From positions 2,160,001 through 2,192,000 of the forward strand of contig NZ_CP027570.1 of the NCBI RefSeq assembly GCF_003010495.1: DNA of 32,000 bases. Direction: 5' to 3'. Source of the DNA: Megasphaera elsdenii DSM 20460. GTDB taxonomy: Bacteria; Bacillota; Negativicutes; Veillonellales; Megasphaeraceae. The notes beneath the pieces were generated by a model. The model worked only from the letters and a program-made list of their open reading frames with translations, was not told where the DNA came from and made no database searches. Positions 9,177-18,805 of this stretch are shown piece by piece. How positions within the stretch are numbered: the first letter of the stretch is position 1; the number at the start of each line of letters is the position of its first letter. The position numbers were made by a program, and so were the translations under genes.

Positions 9177-9455
9177 ATGAACAAAACAGAATTAATCGCT
9201 GCAGTAGCCAATGAAGCAGAAATCACCAAAAAAGATGCTGAAAAAGCCGTAAAAGCCGTATTCAGCGTTATCAGCGACAGCCTTACGAAAGGCGACAAAG
9301 TCCAGATCATCGGTTTTGGTACTTTTGAAGTCCGTCAGCGCAAAGCCCGCGAAGGCCGCAACCCGCGCAACAACGAACCGATTCAGATCGAAGCTTCCAA
9401 GACCCCGGCTTTCAAAGCTGGCAAACAGCTCAAAGATTTGGTCAACAACAAATAA
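9177..9455 (+). CDS. hup: DNA-binding protein HU
   Basis: The 92-aa ORF begins [11 protein letters not shown] and contains [38 protein letters not shown], the classic HU/IHF fold signature. A strong AAAGGAGG RBS sits upstream. Confidence 0.95.
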   Translation: MNKTELIAAVANEAEITKKDAEKAVKAVFSVISDSLTKGDKVQIIGFGTFEVRQRKAREGRNPRNNEPIQIEASKTPAFKAGKQLKDLVNNK

Positions 9456-9467
9456 GGTACGATTTCG

Positions 9468-9500
9468 AAGGGCCGCATGAAAAACGGCCCTTTTCTTTTC
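9468..9500 (+). terminator. rho-independent terminator after hup
   Basis: The stem pairs AAGGGCCG (9468-9475) with CGGCCCTT (9485-9492). TTTTCTTTTC follows. Confidence 0.7.
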
Positions 9501-9569
9501 TTGCAAATTGTCGTACCATAGTAGTATGAGCTACTAGACTAATGCTGTTTATAAAAGAGGGTATCATGC

Positions 9570-10715
9570 ATGACAAAGAAGAAAGTCCTGATCCTGTCCG
9601 CATCTATCGGCACGGGGCATACACAGGCAGCACGGGCGATAGAAGAATACGTCAAGACCATTCCCGAAGAATGTGAAGTGGAACACCTGGATTTCCTGTC
9701 CAACGATGTCCTGTCTATCGACAACATCGTCAAGGAAACGTATATCAAGATCCTCGACGTCTTTCCCATGCTGTACGATTTGATGTACTATTCGTCACAA
9801 GGATATAAGAAGGGACTCGTCGTCAAGACGCTCTTTGCCTGGGGGCTCAAGCGGCGGATGCTCAAGGTATTGGCCGAAAAGAAGCCCGATGTCCTCGTCT
9901 TCACGCATCCCTTCCCGGCAGGGGCGGCGGCCCTTTTGAAGCGCCAGCACCGCCTCGACATCCCCCTGGTAGGGGTCATTACGGATTTCGCCATCCACCA
10001 GCTCTGGGTCTATCCCCAGATCGACGTCTATTGTGTCGCCGCTTCGCAGCTCAAGGACCTGCTCGTCGAACAGGGCATCGCTGCCGATAAGGTCGTCGTA
10101 TCGGGCATCCCCGTGCGCAAGGCCTTCGAACAGGACCGCTGGCATTGGGATGCGGCTCATGAAGCTGACAAGAACGTCCTCATCATGGGTGGCGGCCTGG
10201 GCATGGGGTCCATCAAGCAGTCCCTGACCCTGCTGGACCGCCTCGATGCCGTCGACAGCTTCACCGTCGTCACCGGCTACAACGCCGACTTGTACGACGA
10301 GCTGTGCAAGATGCGCAGTGAATTGCGCCATCCCGTCGATATCCTGGGCTATACCAACCAGATTCCCCAGCTCATGTGCCGGGCGTCGCTGCTGGTCACG
10401 AAGCCCGGTGCCCTAACCTGTACCGAAGCGGCAGCCGTCCAGGTGCCGATGGTCCTGTACAGTCCCATCCCGGGCCAGGAAGAAGCCAATGCGACGTACA
10501 TGCAGTCCAAGGGTTGTGCCCGCTGGGTCAAGAAGCAGGAAGACCTGGTATCGGTCGCAGCCGGCCTCCTGACGCATCCGGAAGAACTGGAAGCCATGGC
10601 GGAAGCCAGTCTCGACTGTCATCGCGACGGTGCGCGGATCATCGGCAAAGAAATCGTCCGCCTCCTGCGGCCGCAGACAGCCGGCGCGGCGACGGATTTG
10701 ATATATGAACATTGA
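9570..10715 (+). CDS. MGDG-synthase/UgtP-like diacylglycerol glycosyltransferase (GT28)
   Basis: The N-terminus VLILSASIGTGHTQAA, plus TDFAIHQLWVYPQID and SGIPVRKAFE, parallel B. subtilis UgtP (recalled from memory). Confidence 0.8.
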   Translation: MTKKKVLILSASIGTGHTQAARAIEEYVKTIPEECEVEHLDFLSNDVLSIDNIVKETYIKILDVFPMLYDLMYYSSQGYKKGLVVKTLFAWGLKRRMLKVLAEKKPDVLVFTHPFPAGAAALLKRQHRLDIPLVGVITDFAIHQLWVYPQIDVYCVAASQLKDLLVEQGIAADKVVVSGIPVRKAFEQDRWHWDAAHEADKNVLIMGGGLGMGSIKQSLTLLDRLDAVDSFTVVTGYNADLYDELCKMRSELRHPVDILGYTNQIPQLMCRASLLVTKPGALTCTEAAAVQVPMVLYSPIPGQEEANATYMQSKGCARWVKKQEDLVSVAAGLLTHPEELEAMAEASLDCHRDGARIIGKEIVRLLRPQTAGAATDLIYEH

Positions 10716-10724
10716 GAAAAGGGT

Positions 10725-10763
10725 CTCCTCGGTTTCGCTTTGCGAAGCAAGAGGAGTTTTTTT
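10725..10763 (+). terminator. rho-independent terminator
   Basis: An imperfect hairpin pairs CTCCTCGGTTTCGC with GCGAAGCAAGAGGAG. A T7 run follows at 10757-10763. Confidence 0.6.
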
Positions 10764-10783
10764 CCAAAAAGGAGTATTTTTTC

Positions 10784-11572
10784 ATGGAATTTCAACTTTT
10801 TCATACGACCTTATCGGCGTCGCTGCTGCTCTTCATCATGGCCGGAGGCTTTTTGGCCGGTTTCGTCGATTCCATTGCCGGCGGTGGCGGTCTCATTTCC
10901 CTGCCGGTCCTCTTAGCCGCTGGCCTGCCGCCGCATCTGGCCATCGGGACCAATAAGTTCTCCGCTACCTTTGGCGCCGTCATGAGCGCCTGGCAGTTCT
11001 GGCGGGCTGGCAAGGTCGATATGGGCCTGTTGAAGCGGATCCTGCCGGGAACCTTCGTCGGCGCCGTCCTGGGCTGCCTGGTCATGCTCTATCTGCCCAG
11101 CGAATGGCTCCAGCCCATCATCATCGTCGCCCTCATCGCCGCAGCGGCCTTCGTCTTTACCCAGCGCCAGCTCGGCGCCGTCAGTACGTACAGCGGCAAC
11201 ACCCGGGGCAATGTCCTGGCCGCCCTGGTCATGGCCCTGGCTATTGGCTTCTATGACGGCTTTATCGGGCCGGGGACGGGGACCTTCCTCATCGTCGGCT
11301 TCGCCACTTTGGGCTTCGACTTCGTCACGGCTGCGGGCAATGCCAAGATCCTCAACCTCATGAGCAATGTGACGTCTTTCGTTCTCCTCATCTGGTGGGG
11401 CCAGATTCTCTACGTCTACGGCATCGCCATGGCCGTATGCATCTTTACGGGCGCTTTCTTCGGCTCCCGCCTGGCCATCCGCCGTGGCACGGGTTTCGTC
11501 CGCCTGGTCATGTTGGCCGTGACGATCGTCCTCATCGGCAAATTGGGCTTATCTTATTTTGGGATCATGTAG
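10784..11572 (+). CDS. TauE/SafE (TSUP) family anion exporter-like membrane protein
   Basis: The protein is polytopic and has GFVDSIAGGGGLISLPVLL and a second half repeat. The start is reassigned to the Met at 10784, which has an AAAGGAG RBS. The 10712 start in the ORF track runs through the terminator. Confidence 0.8.
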   Translation: MEFQLFHTTLSASLLLFIMAGGFLAGFVDSIAGGGGLISLPVLLAAGLPPHLAIGTNKFSATFGAVMSAWQFWRAGKVDMGLLKRILPGTFVGAVLGCLVMLYLPSEWLQPIIIVALIAAAAFVFTQRQLGAVSTYSGNTRGNVLAALVMALAIGFYDGFIGPGTGTFLIVGFATLGFDFVTAAGNAKILNLMSNVTSFVLLIWWGQILYVYGIAMAVCIFTGAFFGSRLAIRRGTGFVRLVMLAVTIVLIGKLGLSYFGIM

Positions 11573-11582
11573 GAGGGACGAT

Positions 11583-12320
11583 ATGGATACGGTACTTATC
11601 AGCGGTGGCACGTCGGGCATCGGCCTGGCGACGGCGGCTGTGTTATTGGACCGGGGCTGGAACGTCGCCATCAGCGGCCGTCATCAAGAAAAGGGGGAGG
11701 CTGCCCTGGCTTTCCTGGCTCGGCCCGGCCGGACCTTTTATATTCAAGGCGACGTAGTAAGCGACGACGACTGCCGCCGGATGGTCGAAGAGACGGTCCG
11801 CCAGTTCGGCGGCCTCGACGGCCTGGTCACGTCGGCCGGCGTCTATGAAGAGAATCTCTTGGAAAATGTCACGCCTGACGATATGCAGCGCCTGTTTTCC
11901 ATCAACGTCTTCGGGACGATGTATCTCTGCCGCCATGCCCTGCCGTACTTGCGGCACAAGCCCGGAAGCATCGTCACCGTCAGCAGTGATGCCGGCCTTC
12001 AGGGCAACGTGGCCTGTTCCCTCTATGGGGCGACGAAAGGTGCCGTCGTGGCCTTTACCAAATCCCTGGCCCTGGAAGCGGCACCGCACCAGATACGGGT
12101 CAACTGCGTCTGTCCCGGCGATGTCGAGACGCCCCTGCTGGAACAGCAGCTCCGGGACCATCCCGACACGACGAAAGATACCATGAAAGAGCAGTACCCC
12201 TTGTACCGCCTGGCCCGGGCCGACGAAGTGGCCAAGGCCATTGCCTTCCTCCTCAGCGAGGACGCGTCATTCATTACGGCAGCCGCACTTCCTGTCGATG
12301 GGGGTTTGACAAGCTGGTAG
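11583..12320 (+). CDS. SDR family oxidoreductase
   Basis: It has the ISGGTSGIG Rossmann motif, the SSDAG...YGATKGAV catalytic Ser/Tyr-x3-Lys, and PGDVETP. The start at 11583 follows an AGGAGGGA RBS. Confidence 0.9.
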   Translation: MDTVLISGGTSGIGLATAAVLLDRGWNVAISGRHQEKGEAALAFLARPGRTFYIQGDVVSDDDCRRMVEETVRQFGGLDGLVTSAGVYEENLLENVTPDDMQRLFSINVFGTMYLCRHALPYLRHKPGSIVTVSSDAGLQGNVACSLYGATKGAVVAFTKSLALEAAPHQIRVNCVCPGDVETPLLEQQLRDHPDTTKDTMKEQYPLYRLARADEVAKAIAFLLSEDASFITAAALPVDGGLTSW

Positions 12321-12377
12321 AAACATGGGAAAATATAAAGTATAAATTTTAATACGTTAAAGATTGGGGTGTTTGTT

Positions 12378-13280
12378 ATGGCAGAAGAAGTATACAAAGA
12401 AGAAGCAAAGACAGTGGAAGAACTGCAGGCTGAAATTGCAGCCCTGAAACAGGAACTGGCCGATGTGAAGGCGCAGTCCCAGTCGACGGAAGAAGCCGCT
12501 GCCAGTGTCGTCAAGGCCATGGAACAATCGACGGAAGACAAAGACGTGAAAGTCGAAATGCTGTGCCGCTGGGCTGCTGCCCGGGCCGGCGCCATCGTCA
12601 TCGCGCCCCTCGTCGGGACGGTGGCCCTCATGGCCAACGAAGTCTATCTGGTCAGCCGCATTGCCAGAGTCTATGACGTCAAATTGAGTGAACGGGCCCT
12701 CATCGCCTTCCTTGGCGCCGTCGGCAGCCGTGTCGCCGGCAGCCTGCTGACGACGATCATTCCTTTCAGCGCCATCCAGGTCCCGGTTGCCGTCGGCATC
12801 ACGTACAGCCTGGGCCGCGTTACCCAGCGCTGGCTGAAAGACGGCATGCCTACCGACATGGGTCCCTACATCGACATGATGGGCGAATGGAAGGATAAAG
12901 CCCGGGAACAGGTCGATAAGCTCAAGGAAAATCCCTTGAAGAACGTCCCCCTCGGCGATGAAACCATCGATTTCATGAAGAAATGGGGCGGCGTCGCCAA
13001 AGAACGCTTCCAGGACGTCAAGGAAAAAGGGGAAGAACTCTATCATACCGTCCGCCATCACGATGACCTGGTCGACGAAATCGTCGAAGAAAAAGCAGAA
13101 GAAACCAAAGACGGAGAAGCCGGCAAAGCGGAAACAGCAGCTGCAGAAGCAGCTACGGCAGCCGGCACGGACGCCAAGGCTGAAACGGCAGCTCCTGCCG
13201 ACAGTGAAGGCCTGTCCGTCGAAGACAAGGTCAAAGCCGCCGTAGAAGATGCCAAGATCCCTTTGGAAGATAAAAAGTAA
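12378..13280 (+). CDS. hypothetical protein with a DUF697-like hydrophobic core and acidic coiled-coil flanks
   Basis: The central segment AAARAGAIVIAPLVGTVALMANEVYLVSRIARVYD resembles the DUF697/YcjF-type core (recalled, not searched). The N- and C-termini are E/K/A-rich and low complexity. Confidence 0.6.
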   Translation: MAEEVYKEEAKTVEELQAEIAALKQELADVKAQSQSTEEAAASVVKAMEQSTEDKDVKVEMLCRWAAARAGAIVIAPLVGTVALMANEVYLVSRIARVYDVKLSERALIAFLGAVGSRVAGSLLTTIIPFSAIQVPVAVGITYSLGRVTQRWLKDGMPTDMGPYIDMMGEWKDKAREQVDKLKENPLKNVPLGDETIDFMKKWGGVAKERFQDVKEKGEELYHTVRHHDDLVDEIVEEKAEETKDGEAGKAETAAAEAATAAGTDAKAETAAPADSEGLSVEDKVKAAVEDAKIPLEDKK

Positions 13281-13291
13281 GGTGAAGGCCC

Positions 13292-13636
13292 ATGTGGAAG
13301 ATACTGCGCTTTTTTGCACGTTTTTATACGCCTGGCAAGTTTGTCACTTTTATCCGCAAGACAGGGAGAAAGGTCCACTTTTTGCCGAAGCTCCTGACGA
13401 TTTTTTACTGCATGCAGGATGAAGACACGCCGAAGTTCATCAAACTGGCCCTGATGGGGGCCTTGGGGTATGTCATCCTGCCCTTTGATTTCGTGCCCGA
13501 TGTCTTTGCCGGGTTCGGCTGGCTCGATGATGCGGCCGTCGTCGCCGCGGCCCTGCGCCTGGCCGGGACTTATGTCAAACCGGAACACCGTGAAAAAGTA
13601 CGTCATATGTTCCCGTTCTTCCGCGTCCATGTGTGA
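13292..13636 (+). CDS. DUF1232 (YkvA-like) membrane protein
   Basis: LGYVILPFDFVPDVFAGFGWLDDAAVV matches the P-x-D-x-I-P-D...G-x-x-D-D core of DUF1232. Confidence 0.7.
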   Translation: MWKILRFFARFYTPGKFVTFIRKTGRKVHFLPKLLTIFYCMQDEDTPKFIKLALMGALGYVILPFDFVPDVFAGFGWLDDAAVVAAALRLAGTYVKPEHREKVRHMFPFFRVHV

Positions 13637-13644
13637 AGGCTGGG

Positions 13645-13675
13645 AAAAAAGAGCTGTCGTGGACAGCTCTTTTTC
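13645..13675 (+). terminator. rho-independent terminator
   Basis: The sequence is AAAAAAGAGCTGTC-GTG-GACAGCTCTTTTT, an 8-bp GC-containing stem extended by A/T runs. Confidence 0.75.
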
Positions 13676-13676
13676 C

Positions 13677-13705
13677 TTTGACAAACATACTTCCTCATCG
13701 TAAAA
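13677..13705 (+). promoter_or_regulatory. sigma-70-type promoter for the thioesterase-murI genes
   Basis: It reads TTGACA (13677-13682), a 17-nt spacer, then TAAAAT (13700-13705). Confidence 0.55.
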
Positions 13706-13756
13706 TAGTATGCGTGTGCATAATGAAAGATGCATAAAGTTAGGAGTTAAGAACTT

Positions 13757-14206
13757 ATGATTACTGTTGTTGAAAAAGTGCGGTTCTATGAGACCGATAT
13801 GATGGGCATTGCCCATCATTCCAATCATATCCGCTGGTTCGAGTGCGGTCGCTGTGAATATCTGGCAGCTGCCGGCATCGATTTGTTCGCCTTGCTGGAC
13901 CAGGGCATTTCCTATCCCATCAAGAGCGTGTCCTGCGAGTACATCAGCCCCATCAACTATGCCGATACCATCGATATCGAGACGCGGCTGGTCAAGCTGA
14001 GCCGGGCGCAGATGGTCTTTTCGTACCGCATCGTCCATCACGATGACCACCGCCTGCTGGCGACGGGGACGACGCAGAATGTCTTTGCCCACAAGGACAG
14101 CGGCAAAGTCGCCCGCCTCGATGAGGCCGATTATAAGAAGTTACAGGCCATGTATGCCGAAGACAAAGCGGCTGCCCAGGCCGGGGGAGGGGTCCATGGA
14201 ACGTAA
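13757..14206 (+). CDS. acyl-CoA thioesterase, 4HBT/YbgC family
   Basis: It has the hot-dog fold N-terminal signature VRFYETDMMGIAHHSNHIRWFE. Confidence 0.8.
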   Translation: MITVVEKVRFYETDMMGIAHHSNHIRWFECGRCEYLAAAGIDLFALLDQGISYPIKSVSCEYISPINYADTIDIETRLVKLSRAQMVFSYRIVHHDDHRLLATGTTQNVFAHKDSGKVARLDEADYKKLQAMYAEDKAAAQAGGGVHGT

Positions 14207-14999
14207 TGCACAGCCTATTGGCGTCTTTGATTCCGGCGTCGGCGGCCTGACGGTTGTCGCCAAGCTGCGGATGCTGCTGCCTCATGAAAATATCATCTAT
14301 GTCGGCGATACCAAGCGCAACCCTTACGGGACGCGGACGCCGGAGGAAATCCTGGCCTATACGCGGGACATCCTCCGTTTCATGACGGCCCAGGGTGTCA
14401 AGCTCGTCGCCATCGGCTGCAACACCGTGACCGCCGTCGCCTATGATACGGTCGTCCGGGAAGTGCCGTATCCCCTCATCGGCATGAGCCGGGGACTGCG
14501 GACGGCCCGGGAAATCAGTGCGACCAAAAAGATCGCCGTCTTTGCTACGCCCCTCACCATCGCCAATCACAGTCATCGCAAAGTGGCGGCTGCCATGGAT
14601 CCGGACATCGAAATCGTCGAACAGTCCTGCCCGGCCCTGGCCAATCTCATCGAACGGGGCGTCCTCGACGGCCCGGAAATCCGCGAGCCCTTGAAGCGCT
14701 ATACGGAACCGGTCCTTCATTCCGGCGCCGATACGGCCATCTTCGGCTGCACCCATTTTCCCTTTGTCCAGCCCTTGTTCGAAGAGCTCTGCGGTGATTC
14801 CATCGCCTTCGTCGATCCCGCTCACGAAATGGCCCTGGAAACGCTGGACGTCTTGAAAAAGGACGGCCTCCTCAATAAGCAGCCGGAACCGGGGAACCTC
14901 CGCCTGTGCTTTACGGCAGAGAGTGGCCGCGGGTCCCGCCTGGCCCAGCATCTCATCCCGGCCAATGAATTTACGGCTGAAGAAATTTCCCTCACTTAA
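14196..14999 (+). CDS. murI: glutamate racemase
   Basis: It has IGVFDSGVGGLTV, VGDTKRNPYGTR, and both catalytic Cys motifs (IGCNT and FGCTHFP). I trimmed the start from 14043 to the Met at 14196. This overlaps the upstream stop by 11 nt. Confidence 0.93.
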   Translation: MERNAQPIGVFDSGVGGLTVVAKLRMLLPHENIIYVGDTKRNPYGTRTPEEILAYTRDILRFMTAQGVKLVAIGCNTVTAVAYDTVVREVPYPLIGMSRGLRTAREISATKKIAVFATPLTIANHSHRKVAAAMDPDIEIVEQSCPALANLIERGVLDGPEIREPLKRYTEPVLHSGADTAIFGCTHFPFVQPLFEELCGDSIAFVDPAHEMALETLDVLKKDGLLNKQPEPGNLRLCFTAESGRGSRLAQHLIPANEFTAEEISLT

Positions 15000-15036
15000 T
15001 GGTTATTAAAATATTATACAAAAGGAGTCTTGCGTC

Positions 15037-15579
15037 GTGTTTTTCTATGTCTTACTCAATGTTGTCATTGCCGTCATCGGCATTGTCGCTGTCTTGTACC
15101 TTTTATTCCGCCTCTTTGCCTGGCGGCAGGGCGATGCCCGCTTCGTCATTGAAGCCCGCCGCCGTAAACCGTTCGAACTGAAGCAGATGACTCAGGATAC
15201 GGCTGTCTTTGAAACGGAAGTGCCCATCCACAATGCCGGCCGTCAGCTCGGCACCATCATGGACTTCTATCCCCGGACCCTGCTGCCCCGCGAACAGTAT
15301 GACAAAGTCATCGTCCATTCCCAGCTGGCCAATAAAGCCGCTGAACGCGATGATAATTATTGGGAATCGGTCATCTTCAACCCTGGCGACAAAGGCATGA
15401 TCCGCGTCACCATCGCCCTGGTCAGCAAAGACGGCAATATCCGCGAAGACTTGAAGACCTTCCCTGACATGCCCATCGATTTGGTATATCAGGTCGTTTC
15501 CCGCAGCGAATGGTACATCCATAAAGCCCGCATTACCTTGAAGGCTTCGGAAGTACAGCACGCATTGGAACAGAACTAG
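15037..15579 (+). CDS. hypothetical protein with an N-terminal transmembrane anchor
   Basis: The ORF starts at GTG and has one hydrophobic helix (FYVLLNVVIAVIGIVAVLYLLF) followed by a soluble ~150-aa domain. I recognise no family. Confidence 0.55.
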   Translation: MFFYVLLNVVIAVIGIVAVLYLLFRLFAWRQGDARFVIEARRRKPFELKQMTQDTAVFETEVPIHNAGRQLGTIMDFYPRTLLPREQYDKVIVHSQLANKAAERDDNYWESVIFNPGDKGMIRVTIALVSKDGNIREDLKTFPDMPIDLVYQVVSRSEWYIHKARITLKASEVQHALEQN

Positions 15580-15593
15580 GAGGTTTTAACGAG

Positions 15594-16256
15594 ATGGCAG
15601 AATTAGAATTAGTACCTGTAAAAACGAGAATCCTTACGGATAAAGATGATATTGTCGATGTCATTGAAGAATATGCGAAAGACATCGTCGGCCCGGATGA
15701 TCTGGTCTGCTCGGCCGAAAGTGTCGTCGCCATTACCCAGCGCCGCTACACCCGCCCGGAAGAACTGACGCCGTCGTGGCAGGCCCGCCTCATGCGCCGC
15801 TTCGTCCCCGGCGAAGGCAGCATGGCCAGCCTCTATGGCATGCAGGCAGCCATGAACCTGGAAGGCGAATGGAAGATGATGTTCTGGTTCTTCGTCGGCT
15901 TCCTGGCCAAACTCGTCGGCAAGAATGGCGTATGGTATGCCAAATGCCGCCAGGCCTCGCTGACAGACGATGTCACCGGAACGATGCCGCCTTTTGATAA
16001 ATGCATCGTCTACGGCCCGGCTGAACCGGATAAAGTGGCTGAAAAGATCAAACAGCGCATGGGCTGCTACGGCGCTGTCGTCGCTGACGTCAACGACCTC
16101 AAGCGTTCGGCTGTCCTCGGCCACAGCAAAGGCCTGAACCCGAAGGAAATCGCCAAGATCCTCATCGACAACCCCTTCGGCAATGCATCCCAGAAGACGC
16201 CGATCGTCGTCATCAAGAATTACGCCCAGTTCGTCAAGAACCGGAATAAGGACTAA
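15594..16256 (+). CDS. F420-0:gamma-glutamyl ligase (CofE)-like family protein
   Basis: The pattern PVKTRILTDKDDIVDVI...PDDLVCSAESVVAITQRRY and the C-terminal AVVADVNDL...VLGHS resemble the CofE/PF01996 fold. This is recalled, not searched. Confidence 0.5.
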   Translation: MAELELVPVKTRILTDKDDIVDVIEEYAKDIVGPDDLVCSAESVVAITQRRYTRPEELTPSWQARLMRRFVPGEGSMASLYGMQAAMNLEGEWKMMFWFFVGFLAKLVGKNGVWYAKCRQASLTDDVTGTMPPFDKCIVYGPAEPDKVAEKIKQRMGCYGAVVADVNDLKRSAVLGHSKGLNPKEIAKILIDNPFGNASQKTPIVVIKNYAQFVKNRNKD

Positions 16257-16268
16257 GGAGAAAGGCCT

Positions 16269-16859
16269 GTGGCAGAAAAAATCGTACTGGCAACGCATAA
16301 TGCCGGAAAAATCCGGGAGTTCAAGAGCATCCTGGAACCTTTGGGCTACGAAGCCGTCTCCGTCCACGACGTCATCGCCGACATCACCGAACCGGAAGAG
16401 ACGGGGACGACCTTTGCCGAAAATGCCCTGCTCAAAGCGACGTATTACATGAAGGCTACCGGCCTGCCCTGCCTGGCGGACGATTCGGGCATTGCCGCCG
16501 ACGCCCTCGGCGGCCGGCCCGGTGTCTACTCGGCGCGCTATGCCGGCCCGGACTGCGACGATGAAGCCAATAACCAGAAGCTCATCGCCGACTTGGCCGC
16601 CTTTCCGCCGGAACAGCGGACGGTCCACTACATCTGTTCCCTCGTCCTCATCTGGCCGGACGGCCGGACGGTGACGGCTGAAGGGAGCTGTGACGGCATC
16701 CTGCGCGACTTCTATGCCGGCCAGAACGGCTTCGGCTATGATCCGCTGTTTTACGTACCCGACAAGGGCAAGACCATGGCAGAGCTGTCCATGGCCGAAA
16801 AGAATGAAATCAGCCATCGCGGCAAAGCCTTGAAAAAGCTCGTCGAGGCCTTGTCATGA
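16269..16859 (+). CDS. rdgB: XTP/dITP diphosphatase (non-canonical purine NTP pyrophosphatase)
   Basis: The ORF starts at GTG. It has IVLATHNAGKIREF, DDSGI, FGYDPLF and SHRGKA motifs of the Ham1/RdgB family. Confidence 0.93.
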   Translation: MAEKIVLATHNAGKIREFKSILEPLGYEAVSVHDVIADITEPEETGTTFAENALLKATYYMKATGLPCLADDSGIAADALGGRPGVYSARYAGPDCDDEANNQKLIADLAAFPPEQRTVHYICSLVLIWPDGRTVTAEGSCDGILRDFYAGQNGFGYDPLFYVPDKGKTMAELSMAEKNEISHRGKALKKLVEALS

Positions 16860-17362
16860 GTACGGTCCGCGTCGGCCTGGTCAGTGACAGCCACGGCCGC
16901 TTTGAATGTCTGTCGCGCATGGCCGATACGGCACCGGACGTCGCTGCCTGGATCCATTGCGGCGACTACTGCGATGACGGCGAAGACCTGGCCATCTATA
17001 CGGGCGTCCCGGTCTACGCCGTCCTGGGCAATAACGACTATATGACCCGTACGAACGATCCCGAATGTCGCTGCATTACCGTCGGCGGCATCCGCATCGT
17101 CGCCATCCACGGCTGTCAGTGGTATGGCGAACGGCGCTGGCAGAAGCTCGTCGAGCTGGGCCGCCAGCATCAGGCGGATCTCGTCGCTTTTGGCCATACG
17201 CACCGCCGCTTCATCAAGACCGAAGGCGATTTATGGGTCGTCAATCCCGGCAGCATCGGCCTGCCCCGGGACAACCGGCAGGGGACGTATGCCATCGTGT
17301 CCATCGAAGACGGGGCCATTAAAGATGTCGCTTTTCGCGAGATCGAACGAATCAAACGGTAA
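16856..17362 (+). CDS. YfcE/YsnB-type metallophosphoesterase
   Basis: It has the motifs DSHG, CGDYCD, GNNDY, HGCQ and GHTHRR. A 4-nt overlap with rdgB gives the same rdgB-ysnB pairing as in Bacillus. Confidence 0.9.
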   Translation: MSTVRVGLVSDSHGRFECLSRMADTAPDVAAWIHCGDYCDDGEDLAIYTGVPVYAVLGNNDYMTRTNDPECRCITVGGIRIVAIHGCQWYGERRWQKLVELGRQHQADLVAFGHTHRRFIKTEGDLWVVNPGSIGLPRDNRQGTYAIVSIEDGAIKDVAFREIERIKR

Positions 17363-17390
17363 CTCTTGCAGGAATGGGTGGGGGAAATTC

Positions 17391-18155
17391 ATGAAAAATA
17401 ATAAACTCAAGCTCTACGGGTTCAACAACCTGACCAAGACCCTGAGCTTCAACATGTATGACATTTGCTATGCTGTCAGTGACGAGTCACGCCGCCAGTA
17501 CATCGAATACATCGATGAACAGTATAATGCCGAACGGCTGACCCAGATCCTGCGCAACGTGTCGGATATCATCGGCGCGCACATCCTCAATGTGGCCAGT
17601 CAGGATTACGACCCACAAGGGGCCAGCGTCACCATCCTCATTTCCGAAGAAGAAGTGAACGATGCCGACGTCGTCTGTCATCTCGACAAGAGCCACTTGA
17701 CGGTCCATACCTATCCCGAAAGCCATCCCCAAAAGGGCATCATGACTTTCCGGGCTGATATCGACGTCTCGACGTGTGGCCGCATTTCGCCGCTCAATGC
17801 CTTGAATTATCTCCTGGACAGCTTCGATTCGGACATCGTCACCCTCGATTACCGCGTCCGCGGCTTTACGCGCGATATGAACGGCAAGAAGCTGTTCATC
17901 GATCACCGCATCAATTCCATCCAGAATTACATCGCCCCGGCGACGCGCAACCGTTACGACATGATCGATGTCAACGTCTACCAGGAAAACATCTTCCATA
18001 CCAAGATGGTCCTCCACGATTTCGATTTGGATAATTATTTGTTCAACATCACCAAGGACGACTTGACGCCGCGCCAGCAGCAGCAGATACGCCGTCAAGT
18101 ACATCAGGAAATGTTGGAAATCTATAACGGCCGCAATATGCCGTCCATGCGCTAA
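17391..18155 (+). CDS. speD: S-adenosylmethionine decarboxylase proenzyme, long (E. coli-type) class
   Basis: The ORF begins [27 protein letters not shown] and has the self-processing site [14 protein letters not shown]. The 17124 start in the ORF track overlaps the ysnB-like gene and is rejected. Confidence 0.9.
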   Translation: MKNNKLKLYGFNNLTKTLSFNMYDICYAVSDESRRQYIEYIDEQYNAERLTQILRNVSDIIGAHILNVASQDYDPQGASVTILISEEEVNDADVVCHLDKSHLTVHTYPESHPQKGIMTFRADIDVSTCGRISPLNALNYLLDSFDSDIVTLDYRVRGFTRDMNGKKLFIDHRINSIQNYIAPATRNRYDMIDVNVYQENIFHTKMVLHDFDLDNYLFNITKDDLTPRQQQQIRRQVHQEMLEIYNGRNMPSMR

Positions 18156-18170
18156 AAGGGGGCAGGGAGA

Positions 18171-18803
18171 GTGGATACCAAGAAAACACTGTGCCGCATC
18201 GGCACCCAGATGAAAGAAGCCGGCCTGGTCACGGCCTGCGATGGCAATATCAGTTTCCGCCGCAGCGACGGGGCCATCGTCATTACGCCGTCAGGCGTGC
18301 CGAAAGGAGAGCTGAAGCCCAAGCACCTGCTCGTCGTCGACCTCGACGGCCATGTCCTGGAAGGGACGGGGAAGGCGTCGTCCGAATCGTCCCTCCATTT
18401 GGAAATTTATCGGAAGCGAGAGGACATAAAGGCCATCATCCACGCCCATCCCATCACGGCAACGGCCCTGACCGTAGCCGGCATCCCCTTCCGGCCAGAC
18501 ATCGTCACCGAAGGAGCCCTGGTCCTGGGACCGGTGCCGACCGTACCCTATGCGCCGCCGGGATCGGAAGCCCTGGCCCTGGCCTGTGCCGAAGCCGCAG
18601 AAGGAGCAGATGTCTTCCTCATGGAACGTCACGGCGCTGCCACCGTCGGCCAAAATCTGACCCAGGCCTTTTACCGCCTGGAAACCTTAGAGACCGTAGC
18701 CAAGATGTATCGTGATTCTCTCATCTTCGCCGCCGCTAAGGACTCGCAAAACAATAACCCCGCTGCCAAAGCCCAGCCATTGAGCTGGTACTTGAAAAAA
18801 TAA
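18171..18803 (+). CDS. class II aldolase/adducin-domain protein (FucA/MtnB-like)
   Basis: The ORF starts at GTG. It has GNISFR, SSESSLHLEIY, IIHAHP and ERHGAATVG motifs. Confidence 0.85.
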   Translation: MDTKKTLCRIGTQMKEAGLVTACDGNISFRRSDGAIVITPSGVPKGELKPKHLLVVDLDGHVLEGTGKASSESSLHLEIYRKREDIKAIIHAHPITATALTVAGIPFRPDIVTEGALVLGPVPTVPYAPPGSEALALACAEAAEGADVFLMERHGAATVGQNLTQAFYRLETLETVAKMYRDSLIFAAAKDSQNNNPAAKAQPLSWYLKK

Positions 18804-18805
18804 AA

